Assembly: GCA_903855135.1 (NCBI GenBank)
Contig: CAINYB010000027.1
Coordinates: forward strand, 18,679-82,678
DNA length: 64,000 nucleotides
DNA from: an uncultured bacterium
Lineage (GTDB): Bacteria; Patescibacteriota; Patescibacteriia; UBA1558; GWA2-36-10
Reading direction: 5' to 3'
Part shown: piece after piece, positions 51,193 to 61,308 of the stretch
Layout: every line of letters begins with the position of its first letter
Position numbering within the stretch: position 1 is the stretch's first letter
Position numbers and translations under genes: made by a program
Notes under the pieces: model-generated
Database searches by the model: none
Seen by the model: the letters and a program-made list of their open reading frames with translations, nothing else
What the model was told of the DNA's origin: nothing

Positions 51193-51357
51193 ATAGCATT
51201 AATTATTTAACTTATAAAACTTCCAATATCATAGCTAATTTTTGGGGTTTTGTCAATTCCTCCCCCTTCCCCGCTTGCACGGGGATGACACAGGGGAGGA
51301 ATATGTCAGGCCTTAATGTGAAAAGTGTGCTATAATACAGATAATTAAAGGATTTCT

Positions 51358-51942
51358 ATGAAAAAAGCTTTATATTTATTAACCTTATTGACACTTTTTA
51401 GCTTAACAGCTTGTGGGCAAGTGGAAAGTAGTAATTTAGCCAAAAAACAAGAAGTTAAGCCAATAGCAGTTGAAAAGACGGAGAAAATAGAGGAGACAGT
51501 GCCTAATTTTGGTGATGGCTTATTTTATTTTGCTTATGGCTCAAACATGAGTTTAGCTAGGATGATAGAGCGTTGTGGCCAAGATAATTTCGTGGATTTA
51601 GGTAAAGCGCAATTACCTGGCTATAGCTTTTATTTTTACGGTCGTGGTCACGCAAATATCAGACCAATGGCTAGTCAAACTATAGAAGGTGTGCTATTTC
51701 AAATCAAAGATTCATGTTTAAAAAGTTTAGATCAAGTTGAGGGTTATCCAAATACTTATCAAAGACAAGCTGTTAAAATAAATTGGAAAAATACTAATGT
51801 TTTAGCGCAAGCCTATATCGTCGAAAAAGATCAAACAGTTGGCACACCTACAGTTGAATATTATCAAATAGTTTTAAGTGGAGCTCAAGAACATAATTTA
51901 TCCGAAAATTATATTCAGCAAATAAAAGCTCTGGCAGAATAA
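51358..51942 (+). CDS. Gamma-glutamylcyclotransferase-like protein with lipoprotein signal
   Basis: YFAYGSNM, LDQVEGYP; lipobox LTAC. Confidence 0.85.
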   Translation: MKKALYLLTLLTLFSLTACGQVESSNLAKKQEVKPIAVEKTEKIEETVPNFGDGLFYFAYGSNMSLARMIERCGQDNFVDLGKAQLPGYSFYFYGRGHANIRPMASQTIEGVLFQIKDSCLKSLDQVEGYPNTYQRQAVKINWKNTNVLAQAYIVEKDQTVGTPTVEYYQIVLSGAQEHNLSENYIQQIKALAE

Positions 51943-52354
51943 TTTTTAATAATTAAACTATTTTTTTCGCCGATAAGGCGACCGCCCTGTGGGCGGTTTA
52001 CTTTTTTTTGTTGCTCTAGTAATTTTTGGTAAGTTTTTAGGAAATTGGCATGATTTAAGATGGGCAGGCTTCGAAGCCAGCTCTTGATTCTTCTTTTTTG
52101 CATAAAGTTTCTATTTATTCCCCTGGCATCCGCCGGGGGAAATTTGTTAGTTATTTTATCTATATTTTCCCCATCATAGACGGAGGAAAATTTATTAGTT
52201 TGTTTATATCTCCAAGGAGAATTATTTATTATTTTATTTATATTTTCCTATGTTATATTTTTGCCATCGTAGACAGAATATAATTGGTGAGTTTATTTGC
52301 AAATGGTGTTTATTTCTCCGCCAATGGCGGAGAAAAATAATACTAATAAATATT

Positions 52355-52957
52355 TTATGTAAATCTTCTTAAGACTGCGCGGACGATACCTTGGATAGCC
52401 GGATTTTTAGCATAGATAGGTTTCATCGTGTGGTTAGCTGGTTGCAGGCGAATGCGATCTTTTTCTCGATAATATTTTTTGAGAGTAGCGTAAGTATTAT
52501 CTAGTAGGGCGACAACGACATCGCCATTTTGAGGATAAAAGTTTCTTTCCACAATGACATAGTCACCATCTAAAATGCCTTCTTCAATCATAGACTCACC
52601 CTTGACCTTCAAAACATAGCTATTCTCGTCATGGACAAAGTCCCTGGGCACTGCTAATGTTTCTTTGTTTTCTACGGCCTCAATTGGCTCTCCAGCGGTG
52701 ATTAAGCCCACAAGTGGCAATTCTATAGCTTGGCCGAATCTTTGTATTGTAGTGAGCTCTAGTGAACGTGCGGCATTGTGACTGGTAGAGATCAGGCCTT
52801 TGTCTTCTAGCGCTTTGACGTGTTCATGGACAGTAGCGGTCGAGGACAGACCAAAGTAATCAGCAATCTCGCGGTAACTCGGTGCATAGTCATTAGTTTG
52901 GATGAACTGACTGATGAAGTCCAAAATTTCTTTTTGTTTTTTTGTTAAATGTGGCAT
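52355..52957 (-). CDS. lexA: LexA repressor
   Basis: PSYREIA, AG cleavage site (TAGEP), GESM, TLKK. Confidence 0.97.
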   Translation of the reverse strand: MPHLTKKQKEILDFISQFIQTNDYAPSYREIADYFGLSSTATVHEHVKALEDKGLISTSHNAARSLELTTIQRFGQAIELPLVGLITAGEPIEAVENKETLAVPRDFVHDENSYVLKVKGESMIEEGILDGDYVIVERNFYPQNGDVVVALLDNTYATLKKYYREKDRIRLQPANHTMKPIYAKNPAIQGIVRAVLRRFT

Positions 52958-53043
52958 AAATTTTTTGTCCGCCTTTAGCGGTTTATTTATTTTTTGACTT
53001 CTGTTTTCCCCGCGTCGCGGGGAAATGTTGTGTTGATGCTTTT

Positions 53044-53072
53044 ATTATATACCGAACAAAAACCGAATGCAA
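53044..53072 (-). promoter_or_regulatory. lexA promoter with putative LexA operator TTCGG-N6-TTCGG
   Basis: TTGCAT-17-TATAAT; direct repeat at 53052-53067 fills the spacer. Confidence 0.75.
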
Positions 53073-53288
53073 GAGTTTACCTGTGGATAAGTACAGAATA
53101 GTAAAATAAATACATTATTTATTGGCAAAAACAATTAGGCCTGTGCCGTAAAAATACGTAGCAAAGCGAAGTATTTTATGCGGCATGGATAACTCAAAAT
53201 AGCAAATAAATCTACGTGGATTCAAGGTATTTTTGACACTGATAAATAATTATTATATTAGTGATTTACTAATAATTAATTTTTTAGT

Positions 53289-53711
53289 ATGAAGAAAAGT
53301 GATTTAAAACAAATAGCTGATCTAATTGACGATCGTTTGGATCAAAAATTAGGGAAGTTAGAGCAAAATTTAGAGAAAAAGTTTGAGAGTATTGAACAAA
53401 GATTTGAACAAGTCGACAAAAGGTTTGATCGGGTGGATCAAGAGTTTGATCAAGTAGATGCTAGGTTTGCAGAGACAGACCAAAACATAGAAAACATGGA
53501 AGAGAGAATTATGACTTTGGTGAAAACCGAAGTTGATCGTCTAGATGAAAGAATAAGTAGTTTAGATGAGAGGGTGGGTAGTTTAGATGAAAAAATGGGC
53601 AGTACAGATAAAAAAGTAGAAAGTATTATGTCTGAATTAAAGAAAAAGCCTGATCGTTATGAAGTATTTGAGTGGACAGACAAAAGACTCGCACAGTTGA
53701 AATTTAATTAA
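53289..53711 (+). CDS. Heptad-repeat coiled-coil protein
   Basis: FESIEQR-FEQVDKR-FDRVDQE-FDQVDAR and SLDER repeats. Confidence 0.8.
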   Translation: MKKSDLKQIADLIDDRLDQKLGKLEQNLEKKFESIEQRFEQVDKRFDRVDQEFDQVDARFAETDQNIENMEERIMTLVKTEVDRLDERISSLDERVGSLDEKMGSTDKKVESIMSELKKKPDRYEVFEWTDKRLAQLKFN

Positions 53712-53772
53712 AAGATTATAAAAACCCCCGCCCATTCGACTACGCTCAGGGCGGGGGTTTTTAATTGAATTT

Positions 53773-55041
53773 TTATTGAATAGTCAAAGAAAAGTTTTCG
53801 TCAGGAGTTAAGACAAATAATTTGTCACCTTTTTTATTAAAGAGATACATTTTCTTTAAAGGATTGGTGAATAATTTTACATTGTTACGATAATCGCGAC
53901 TGTCTAATTCATAAATAGCAGTTTCGCCATTGACTTCATTGATAAAATAGCTACCGTTTGGATGCCATTTTAGTTCAGAAACTATTTGTGAAGAGCGGTC
54001 AATGATTTCTTTTTGATCTTCATTATAATCATAGAGAATAGTCTGATAGCCATCGTTGATCAATAAATATTTACCATAGATTTCTACTAGGGCGACTGGT
54101 ACGGAAAAGACTTCAGTATTTGGTCTTTGGATATAAAGTTTGGTGCCAAGACTAAAAATCAAATAGTCTTTATCAGCTAGCAAGACTTTGAAAGTACCTA
54201 AATTTAAATTAGCTAAACTACGAACAGAGTTTAAATTATCTTTTTGCCATTGTTCTACTTGTGAAGCAGTATTGACTTGTTTTTGCGTGACTACATAATC
54301 ACCAGTTAAAGCAAAGTCTTCAATATTTTCTAATCTTAATAAAGTGTTATCTAGTGCTAAATTATAGCGATAAAGATTATTTTTTTTCAATAACCAAAGT
54401 AAATTAGCATCTTGATTGTCCCAAACAATTTTTTGTCCAGTGATATTTAGAGTTTTTATTTTATTATTACCGATTTCTAGAATAGAGTATTGTTTATTTT
54501 GTAAAAAAAGAATTTTTTGATCATCTGGTGACCAGTCGATTAATTCCGTTTTGGTATCAAAAGTAAAAACTTTAGCAGTTTTTTCTTGTTCAGTATTAGT
54601 AATAAATAAGTCATTGTTATTTAAATAAAGATATTTATCTTTATTTTTATTGATTAAATAATCAGTACCGCCAACTTCTAAATCAGTTTTAGTGCGATCA
54701 GCTAAAAATAAAGCTACATCTTCGATAAAAGTAGTTTCACCGGCTTTAACAGCTAGGTTTTTTGTCCAAGGTAAATAGCCATCTTTACTTAAAGTGATTT
54801 GATGTAATCCAGGTTTAATTTCAGTAATTTGGATCGGAGTTTTTTCTTTGTCTATTTTTTGATCAATAGTAATAGTGGCTTTACTGGGATAAGACTTGAC
54901 AAAAACCGCACCATTTTTTTCAATGATTTTTTTGGCAAAATTATAGCGATAACCCAAGCCGTAGAAAACTAAAATTGGCGCAATAATGAAAAAAAGCAAG
55001 AAAAATGATAAATAAGTGACACGCCTAGTGTTTTTAGTCAT
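53773..55041 (-). CDS. PEGA-domain membrane-anchored protein with propeller-like C-terminus
   Basis: GYRYN, KSYP, PGLHQITLSKDGYLPW. Confidence 0.85.
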   Translation of the reverse strand: MTKNTRRVTYLSFFLLFFIIAPILVFYGLGYRYNFAKKIIEKNGAVFVKSYPSKATITIDQKIDKEKTPIQITEIKPGLHQITLSKDGYLPWTKNLAVKAGETTFIEDVALFLADRTKTDLEVGGTDYLINKNKDKYLYLNNNDLFITNTEQEKTAKVFTFDTKTELIDWSPDDQKILFLQNKQYSILEIGNNKIKTLNITGQKIVWDNQDANLLWLLKKNNLYRYNLALDNTLLRLENIEDFALTGDYVVTQKQVNTASQVEQWQKDNLNSVRSLANLNLGTFKVLLADKDYLIFSLGTKLYIQRPNTEVFSVPVALVEIYGKYLLINDGYQTILYDYNEDQKEIIDRSSQIVSELKWHPNGSYFINEVNGETAIYELDSRDYRNNVKLFTNPLKKMYLFNKKGDKLFVLTPDENFSLTIQ

Positions 55042-55162
55042 AAATTTCTTATTGTTTAATCTTGTGATTTAGGGTATTATATTAGCAGATATATATAAGT
55101 TTTATCACCACCGCCGAAGGTGGGGGTGTAAAATTCTAACATAACCTATATTTTATAATACT

Positions 55163-56455
55163 ATGTCTCAATTTATAATTCAAGGAGGAAATGCTTTACA
55201 AGGCGAGATTAAAGTAGCTGGTTTTAAAAATGCGACAACGCCTATTTTGGCAGCGACAATCTTGACTAAAGAGCCAGTAACTTTACACAATGTCCCAGTG
55301 ATCGAAGATGTCAAGAAAATGATCCAAATTTTGGTGTCTTTGGGCGTGAAAATTACTTGGCTAGATAAAAACAGCCTGAAAATAGACAGTGCCAATTTAG
55401 ACCCAGAAAAACTAGACATGGATTTGATCAGCACGATGCGCTCATCTATTCTTTTGATGGGTGCGATGGTTGGTCGTTTTGGACGCATCAAAACTAAAGC
55501 TCCAGGCGGCTGTCAAATCGGCGCTCGCTCCATGGACACACATTTTAAAGCTTTTCATAAATTAGGTGTGCAAGTAGATTGTGATGATAAGTTTTATATT
55601 TTAGAAAAAGTAGCACCAGCAAGTAGTGAAATAGTGATGAATGAGTTTTCCGTCACCGGTACAGAAAATATTATTTTAGCTTCAGCCTTAAATCAAGGCC
55701 AAGTCAAAATCAGGGTAGCAGCTGCTGATCCAAGCGTGCAAGACTTGTGTTGGTTTCTACAAAGTATGGGTTTAGAAATCGATGGTATTGGTACACATGA
55801 CTTAGTCATTCGTGGTAGTAATCATCTCAAAGGCACAGAATACACCATCATGCCTGATCCGATAGAAACTGGTACTTTTATCGCTTTGGCTGGTCTGACA
55901 CGCTCGAAGCTTTTGATTTTAAACACGGCGCCGTATTTTTTACCACTAGAGCTGGAAAAGTTTAAAGAAGCAGGTTTAAAGATAGAGATCCAGCCCTTGG
56001 CTTTAAGTAAACAAAAAAACTATCAGTTAGCTAATTTATTAGTTGACGGTAAAGTAAACTTAAAAGCCATTGATAAAGTTCATGATATGCCTTTTCCTGG
56101 CTTTGCCGCTGATCTAGTACAGCCTTTTACTGCCATGATGACGCAAGCCAAAGGTACGACTTTGATCCATGACTGGATGTATGATGGCCGTACTAAATAT
56201 GTATCTGAACTTAAAAAAATGGGAGCTGATATTGTAGTTTCTGACCCACATCGTTTAGTGGTTTTAGGGCCAACACCTTTATATGGTAAAGAAGTGACGA
56301 GCTTTGATTTACGCGCTGGAGCTACCTTGATCATCGCGGCCTTAGCTGCAAGTGGCAAGAGTGTGATAGATAATATTTATCAAGTAGATCGTGGCTATGA
56401 GTTTTTAGATCAACGTTTAGCTAAACTAGGTGGCAAAATCGAAAGAGTAGCATAA
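55163..56455 (+). CDS. murA: UDP-N-acetylglucosamine 1-carboxyvinyltransferase
   Basis: KNA, PGGCQIGAR, DLRAGA, DRGYE. Confidence 0.97.
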   Translation: MSQFIIQGGNALQGEIKVAGFKNATTPILAATILTKEPVTLHNVPVIEDVKKMIQILVSLGVKITWLDKNSLKIDSANLDPEKLDMDLISTMRSSILLMGAMVGRFGRIKTKAPGGCQIGARSMDTHFKAFHKLGVQVDCDDKFYILEKVAPASSEIVMNEFSVTGTENIILASALNQGQVKIRVAAADPSVQDLCWFLQSMGLEIDGIGTHDLVIRGSNHLKGTEYTIMPDPIETGTFIALAGLTRSKLLILNTAPYFLPLELEKFKEAGLKIEIQPLALSKQKNYQLANLLVDGKVNLKAIDKVHDMPFPGFAADLVQPFTAMMTQAKGTTLIHDWMYDGRTKYVSELKKMGADIVVSDPHRLVVLGPTPLYGKEVTSFDLRAGATLIIAALAASGKSVIDNIYQVDRGYEFLDQRLAKLGGKIERVA

Positions 56456-56532
56456 TAAAATTTTATAAATTGTCCCGCGTCGCGGGACAATTTCAGCAAT
56501 TAAAGAAAATTAAAATCAGAGAATAAAAATTT

Positions 56533-57786
56533 ATGGATCAAGAAATAAAATCTAATTTTCAAGCGGTCAAACCTGGCGGCTTGAAAAAATTTATCAAAAT
56601 ATATTTATTAGTCTTTGCGGGCTTAGTGCTTTTTACTTTTGGTCTTTGGACAGGAGAGGCGAGCACAAAAAATACTGTTGATGGTGCTCAAGTGACTAAA
56701 AATTCTATTAGTCAGCTATTTGCTGGTAAAGATCAAATAGATTCAGCTTTATTTAGTCAAGTTTGGGATTTGTTAAAGCAGAATTATTTCAAATCTAGTG
56801 GCATGGCGGATAAGGATTTATTTTATGGAGCTGTGGCCGGTATGGTAAACGCTGCCAAAGATCCTTATACAGTGTTTTTGACTCCAGAAGTGACGAATGA
56901 CTTTACCCAAGAATTAAACGGTAGTTTTTCTGGTATCGGTGCCGAGATCGGCAAGAAAAATGATATTTTAGTAATTATCGCTCCATTAGCTGATTCACCG
57001 GCTGAAAAAGCTGGCTTAAGAGCAGGAGATAAAATCTTTGCCATTGATGGTCAGGATTCAACTAGTTTGTCAGTTGATCAAGCTGTGACTTTGATTCGCG
57101 GTAAAAAAGGCACAACAGTGAAATTGATGATTTTAAGTAAAGATGAAGACAAACCAAAAGATATCACTATCACTAGAGATAAAATAGCTATTCCTAGTGT
57201 AGTTTATAAATTAGAAAACAACATTGCCGTAGTAGAGATCACTAATTTTAATGGCGATACCAATGATCGTTTTGCTAAAGCAGCTAAACAGATTATAAAA
57301 GATAAGCCTAAAGGCATTGTTTTGGATTTACGTAATGACCCCGGTGGATATTTAAACGTCGCCGTAGATATAGCCAGCTTTTGGCTCAATAAAGACGAAG
57401 TGGTAGTCAAAGAATCATTTGCCAATCCAGCTGACAATACCGAATACAAGGCTAGTGGACAAAATATTTTGAAAGATTTTAAAACTGTAGTTTTGGTCAA
57501 TGAAGGTTCAGCTTCTGCTTCAGAGATTTTAGCTGGTGCTTTACAAGACTATGGCATCGCTAAACTAGTTGGTCAAAAGACTTTTGGTAAAGGCTCGGTT
57601 CAGCAGTTATTTGATTTAAGTGATGGTTCATCTTTGAAAGTGACAGTGGCTGAGTGGATGACACCAAAAGACAGAGCTATCAATGAAAAAGGTATTGATC
57701 CAGATTTTGTCGTTGAATTTAGCACCGAGGATTTTAATAAAGATTTAGATCCACAGCTTGACAAAGCGAAAGAATTGTTAGAGTAA
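56533..57786 (+). CDS. ctpA: C-terminal processing peptidase S41
   Basis: DPYT, PDZ GIG, DLRNDPGG, SASASEI, TFGKGSVQ. Confidence 0.95.
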   Translation: MDQEIKSNFQAVKPGGLKKFIKIYLLVFAGLVLFTFGLWTGEASTKNTVDGAQVTKNSISQLFAGKDQIDSALFSQVWDLLKQNYFKSSGMADKDLFYGAVAGMVNAAKDPYTVFLTPEVTNDFTQELNGSFSGIGAEIGKKNDILVIIAPLADSPAEKAGLRAGDKIFAIDGQDSTSLSVDQAVTLIRGKKGTTVKLMILSKDEDKPKDITITRDKIAIPSVVYKLENNIAVVEITNFNGDTNDRFAKAAKQIIKDKPKGIVLDLRNDPGGYLNVAVDIASFWLNKDEVVVKESFANPADNTEYKASGQNILKDFKTVVLVNEGSASASEILAGALQDYGIAKLVGQKTFGKGSVQQLFDLSDGSSLKVTVAEWMTPKDRAINEKGIDPDFVVEFSTEDFNKDLDPQLDKAKELLE

Positions 57787-57864
57787 ATTTTACTTTATTT
57801 AGTTTAATAAAAAATAACAGCGATTTTCCCCCGCCCTTGGCGGGGGAAAACGCAGAATAATTTT

Positions 57865-58311
57865 ATGAAATTGATTTTATTACAGGATATTCAAAATATT
57901 GGTAAAAAAGGAGAAATCAAAGATGTATCTGATGGTTTTGCGATGAATTTTTTGTTGCCCCAGAAAAAAGCAGTTTTAGCTACTACTAAAAATGTCCAAA
58001 ATATCAAAGCAGAAGAAAAAGTAATCGCTAAAAAAGTAGAGGTCAAAGTCGCTGTTTATCAAAAAATAAAAAATACTTTACAGCAACAAACCTTGACTTT
58101 TGCTGGCAAGACTTCAGATAAAGGACATTTGTTTCAAGCTATCAAAATAGCAGACATTATCAAAGCTGCAAAGAAAAATTTTAATATAAATTTAGAAGAA
58201 AAATGGTTTGTAGACTTTATTGCTTTGAAAGATTTAGGCAAGCATCAAGTTTGGTTGCAATTACCAGATAATAATAGAGTATTAATTTTAGTAAAAATAG
58301 AAACATTATAA
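57865..58311 (+). CDS. rplI: 50S ribosomal protein L9
   Basis: MKLILLQDIQNIGKKGEIKDVSDGFAMNFLLP. Confidence 0.95.
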   Translation: MKLILLQDIQNIGKKGEIKDVSDGFAMNFLLPQKKAVLATTKNVQNIKAEEKVIAKKVEVKVAVYQKIKNTLQQQTLTFAGKTSDKGHLFQAIKIADIIKAAKKNFNINLEEKWFVDFIALKDLGKHQVWLQLPDNNRVLILVKIETL

Positions 58312-58411
58312 TCCTGTAGTTATTTCCCCGGCGGATGCCGGGGAAAAGGTACGAGTTTTTTAGCGCAAATAGTCAAAAATATCTTAAAATAATTATTATT
58401 AACAAACAAAT

Positions 58412-58675
58412 ATGAACTTTGAAGAAACAAAGATACCACAAAATCAGCCCGAAGCGGCAAGTGAAAAAGATGTTTTTCAGGAAGCTCTTAATAATGAGCT
58501 TATTAAAATGGAAGAAGCAGGAGAAATATTACCAGAGCAGGCAGAAGAAAAAAGAAAAGCAGCTACTTTAATTGAGACGGGATTTTCCGATGATCCAAAA
58601 CACGATGCCTTGCTTTTTTCCAGAGTGGGGATTGCCGATGAAAAAGAGTTATTAGAGCTTTTTAAGCGAAAATAA
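58412..58675 (+). CDS. Small acidic hypothetical protein
   Basis: ORF with host-like composition. Confidence 0.6.
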   Translation: MNFEETKIPQNQPEAASEKDVFQEALNNELIKMEEAGEILPEQAEEKRKAATLIETGFSDDPKHDALLFSRVGIADEKELLELFKRK

Positions 58676-58803
58676 ATTGTCAAAAAATTTATTTTATTAA
58701 GTCGGGGTAGAAACTTCAGATTACAGATAAACATTTGCTATTGTTTTCACAAAAAGAAAAAAATTTGCTATAATAGCGACAGCTGTTTTTAATTTTTTAC
58801 TTT

Positions 58804-60417
58804 ATGGAAAAAACAAAATATATTTTTATCACTGGTGGCGTCTGTTCGGGTTTAGGCAAAGGTATTGCCTCAGCCTCAATTGGCGCCATTTTAGGTTCTT
58901 GTGGCTATAAAATTTTTACTTTGAAGCTTGATCCTTATCTAAACATCGATCCAGGCACCATGAGTCCTTATCAGCACGGTGAAGTCTATGTCACTGATGA
59001 TGGAGCTGAAACTGATCTAGATCTTGGTCATTATGAACGTTTTATTGATACTAATTTATCCAAGCTTTCAAATCTGACGACTGGTCGAGTATATGCTAAG
59101 GTTTTGAAAGGCGAACGCAGTGGTGATTATTTAGGAAAAACTATCCAAATCATCCCGCATATTACTAATGAAATCAAAGCGCATATAAGAAAAGCGGCCG
59201 AGGAATCTAAAGCTGATTTTTTATTGATCGAAATTGGTGGTACAGTTGGCGATATCGAAGGTGAGCCTTACTTAGAGGCTGCACGCCAGTTTCATCGCGA
59301 AGTTGGTACTGATAACGTTTTGTTTGTGCATTTGACTCTCTTGCCCTTTTTGATGGCTTCAGGTGAATTAAAAACTAAACCAACCCAAGCATCAGTGCGT
59401 GAGCTTTATCGTCGTGGCATTCAGCCGGATATTATCTTGGCAAGATCAGACAAACAGATAGATAAAGAAAGTATTCAAAAAATTGCTTTATTTGCTGATG
59501 TTGAAGAAAAAGCAGTTATTCCTGCACCAACGGTCAGTACTATTTATGAAGTGCCGATTAATTTTGAGAAAAAAAATCATATTTCGGAAATCATTTTTGA
59601 GCGTTTTAAAATGCCTGTTCGTAAAGCCAAGCTAGAAGAGTGGGAGAAATTAGTTTCCAGAATAAAAGCTAATCATAGGCAAAAAATCGAGATTGCTTTA
59701 GTCGGTAAATACAATCAAAATCTTGATGCTTATTTAAGTGTCGTAGAAGCTTTGAAATCGGCTTGTTATGCTAATAATTTAAGTTTAAATTTAGTTTGGA
59801 TTAATGCTGCTTATTTAGAAAAAGATGACAAGCAAGAATGGGAGAAATTAAAACAATGTAAAGGCATCGTGGTGCCTGGTGGTTTTGGCTCACGCGGTGT
59901 AGAGGGTAAAATAATGGCTGCCAAATATGCTAGAGAATATAAAATGCCTTATCTAGGCTTATGCCTTGGTATGCAAGTAGCAACTATTGAGTTTGCAAGA
60001 CATGTGCTAAATACTCAAGACGTCAATTCTACTGAATTTAATACTAAAACAAAAAATCCGGTTATTCATATTTTGCCTGGTCATCATGAAGCAGAAAGTA
60101 AAGGTGGCACCTTGCGACTCGGCTCTTATCCTTGTGTGCTAGATAAAGACTCTTTGAGTTTCAAAGCTTATGGGCAAACAAAAATAGATGAAAGACATCG
60201 TCATCGCTATGAATTTAATATGGACTATAAAGATGTTTTAGAAAAAGCTGGTTTTAAAATAGCAGGTCTTTCGCCAGATAAAAGATTAGTAGAAATAATA
60301 GAGCTGAAAAGTCATCCATTTTTTGTGGCTTCCCAGTTTCATCCCGAGTTTAAATCTAGACCACTAAGAGCCCATCCTTTGTTTCGGGATTTCATTAAAG
60401 CAAGTAATAAAGTATAA
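58804..60417 (+). CDS. pyrG: CTP synthase
   Basis: TGGVCSGLGKG, GLCLGMQ, ERHRHRYE, QFHPEF. Confidence 0.98.
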   Translation: MEKTKYIFITGGVCSGLGKGIASASIGAILGSCGYKIFTLKLDPYLNIDPGTMSPYQHGEVYVTDDGAETDLDLGHYERFIDTNLSKLSNLTTGRVYAKVLKGERSGDYLGKTIQIIPHITNEIKAHIRKAAEESKADFLLIEIGGTVGDIEGEPYLEAARQFHREVGTDNVLFVHLTLLPFLMASGELKTKPTQASVRELYRRGIQPDIILARSDKQIDKESIQKIALFADVEEKAVIPAPTVSTIYEVPINFEKKNHISEIIFERFKMPVRKAKLEEWEKLVSRIKANHRQKIEIALVGKYNQNLDAYLSVVEALKSACYANNLSLNLVWINAAYLEKDDKQEWEKLKQCKGIVVPGGFGSRGVEGKIMAAKYAREYKMPYLGLCLGMQVATIEFARHVLNTQDVNSTEFNTKTKNPVIHILPGHHEAESKGGTLRLGSYPCVLDKDSLSFKAYGQTKIDERHRHRYEFNMDYKDVLEKAGFKIAGLSPDKRLVEIIELKSHPFFVASQFHPEFKSRPLRAHPLFRDFIKASNKV

Positions 60418-60446
60418 ACCCCTTTAAAATAATTAATAAAAAATAT

Positions 60447-61205
60447 ATGGAACAAGAAACATGTTGTACAAATAAACCATACAAGTTTATTTTTAAAATA
60501 ACGGCTTTGGTGTTGGTAGCGGCAGTGGTAATTGTCGCTTTAGTGCGTGATCGCATTGTCAATAATCCAAACTGGCAAGTGTCAGTTGCGGGTTTTGGTA
60601 GAGTAGCTTATACACCGGATGTTGCTAAAATAACTTTTGGTGTGCAAGTGGACAAGGCAAATTCCGCTGAAGAAGCTTTAAATACTTTAAATAACAATAT
60701 CGATAAAGTGATGAAAGCCTTAAATACTTTAGGCATTGAACAAAAAGATATTACTACCCAAAATTATTCTCTATATCCACAGTATGACTATATCGATGGT
60801 GTCTCGAAGCCAGCTGGCTATAATGCCAGTGAACAAGTGACAGTCAAGATAGAAAAGTTTGCGGAAAAAGATAATCTAATTGGTAGAGCGATAGCTGAGG
60901 TGACTAAAGCTGGCGTGAATAATATTAGCGGTATTAGTTTTGAGGCGGCTGATCTTGAGGCTTTAAAAAATGAAGCTAGACTCAAAGCAGTGGAAGATGC
61001 TAAGATAAAAGCCAAAACAATGTCCAAAAGTACTGGAGTGCATTTAGGTAAAGTCATTGGTTGGTGGGAAAACTACTATCCAGTTGATCCATATATGGAT
61101 GGTAAAGGTGGTGCTTTGATGAGTGCTGATATGGCTTCAGCTTCAGTGCCAAGTGGCCAATATGAAGTTTCAGTAGAAGTTAATCTAAACTATAAAGTAA
61201 AATAA
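60447..61205 (+). CDS. SIMPL/DUF541 domain protein
   Basis: PDVAKITFGV, DITTQNYSLYPQYDY, AVEDAKIKA. Confidence 0.9.
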   Translation: MEQETCCTNKPYKFIFKITALVLVAAVVIVALVRDRIVNNPNWQVSVAGFGRVAYTPDVAKITFGVQVDKANSAEEALNTLNNNIDKVMKALNTLGIEQKDITTQNYSLYPQYDYIDGVSKPAGYNASEQVTVKIEKFAEKDNLIGRAIAEVTKAGVNNISGISFEAADLEALKNEARLKAVEDAKIKAKTMSKSTGVHLGKVIGWWENYYPVDPYMDGKGGALMSADMASASVPSGQYEVSVEVNLNYKVK

Positions 61206-61210
61206 AAAAA

Positions 61211-61305
61211 TACCCCCTCTGTCGCTTCCCCGGCATCCGCCAGGGAACGCGCCTTCTCCCCCAGATCCCCGCGTACGCGGGGAAGGGGGAGATTGAGAGG
61301 GGGTA
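61211..61305. repeat. Family B element with two nested hairpins
   Basis: Inverted homolog of 33395-33468 with an additional CCCCGGCATCCGCCAGGG insert. Confidence 0.85.
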
Positions 61306-61308
61306 TTT

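Noticed and set aside
51977-52334. Possible CRISPR array
   Set aside because: No identical repeats at regular spacing and no cas genes in the window.
53081-53290. Possible oriC
   Set aside because: Only one intact DnaA box and no dnaA/dnaN nearby; not supportable from this window.
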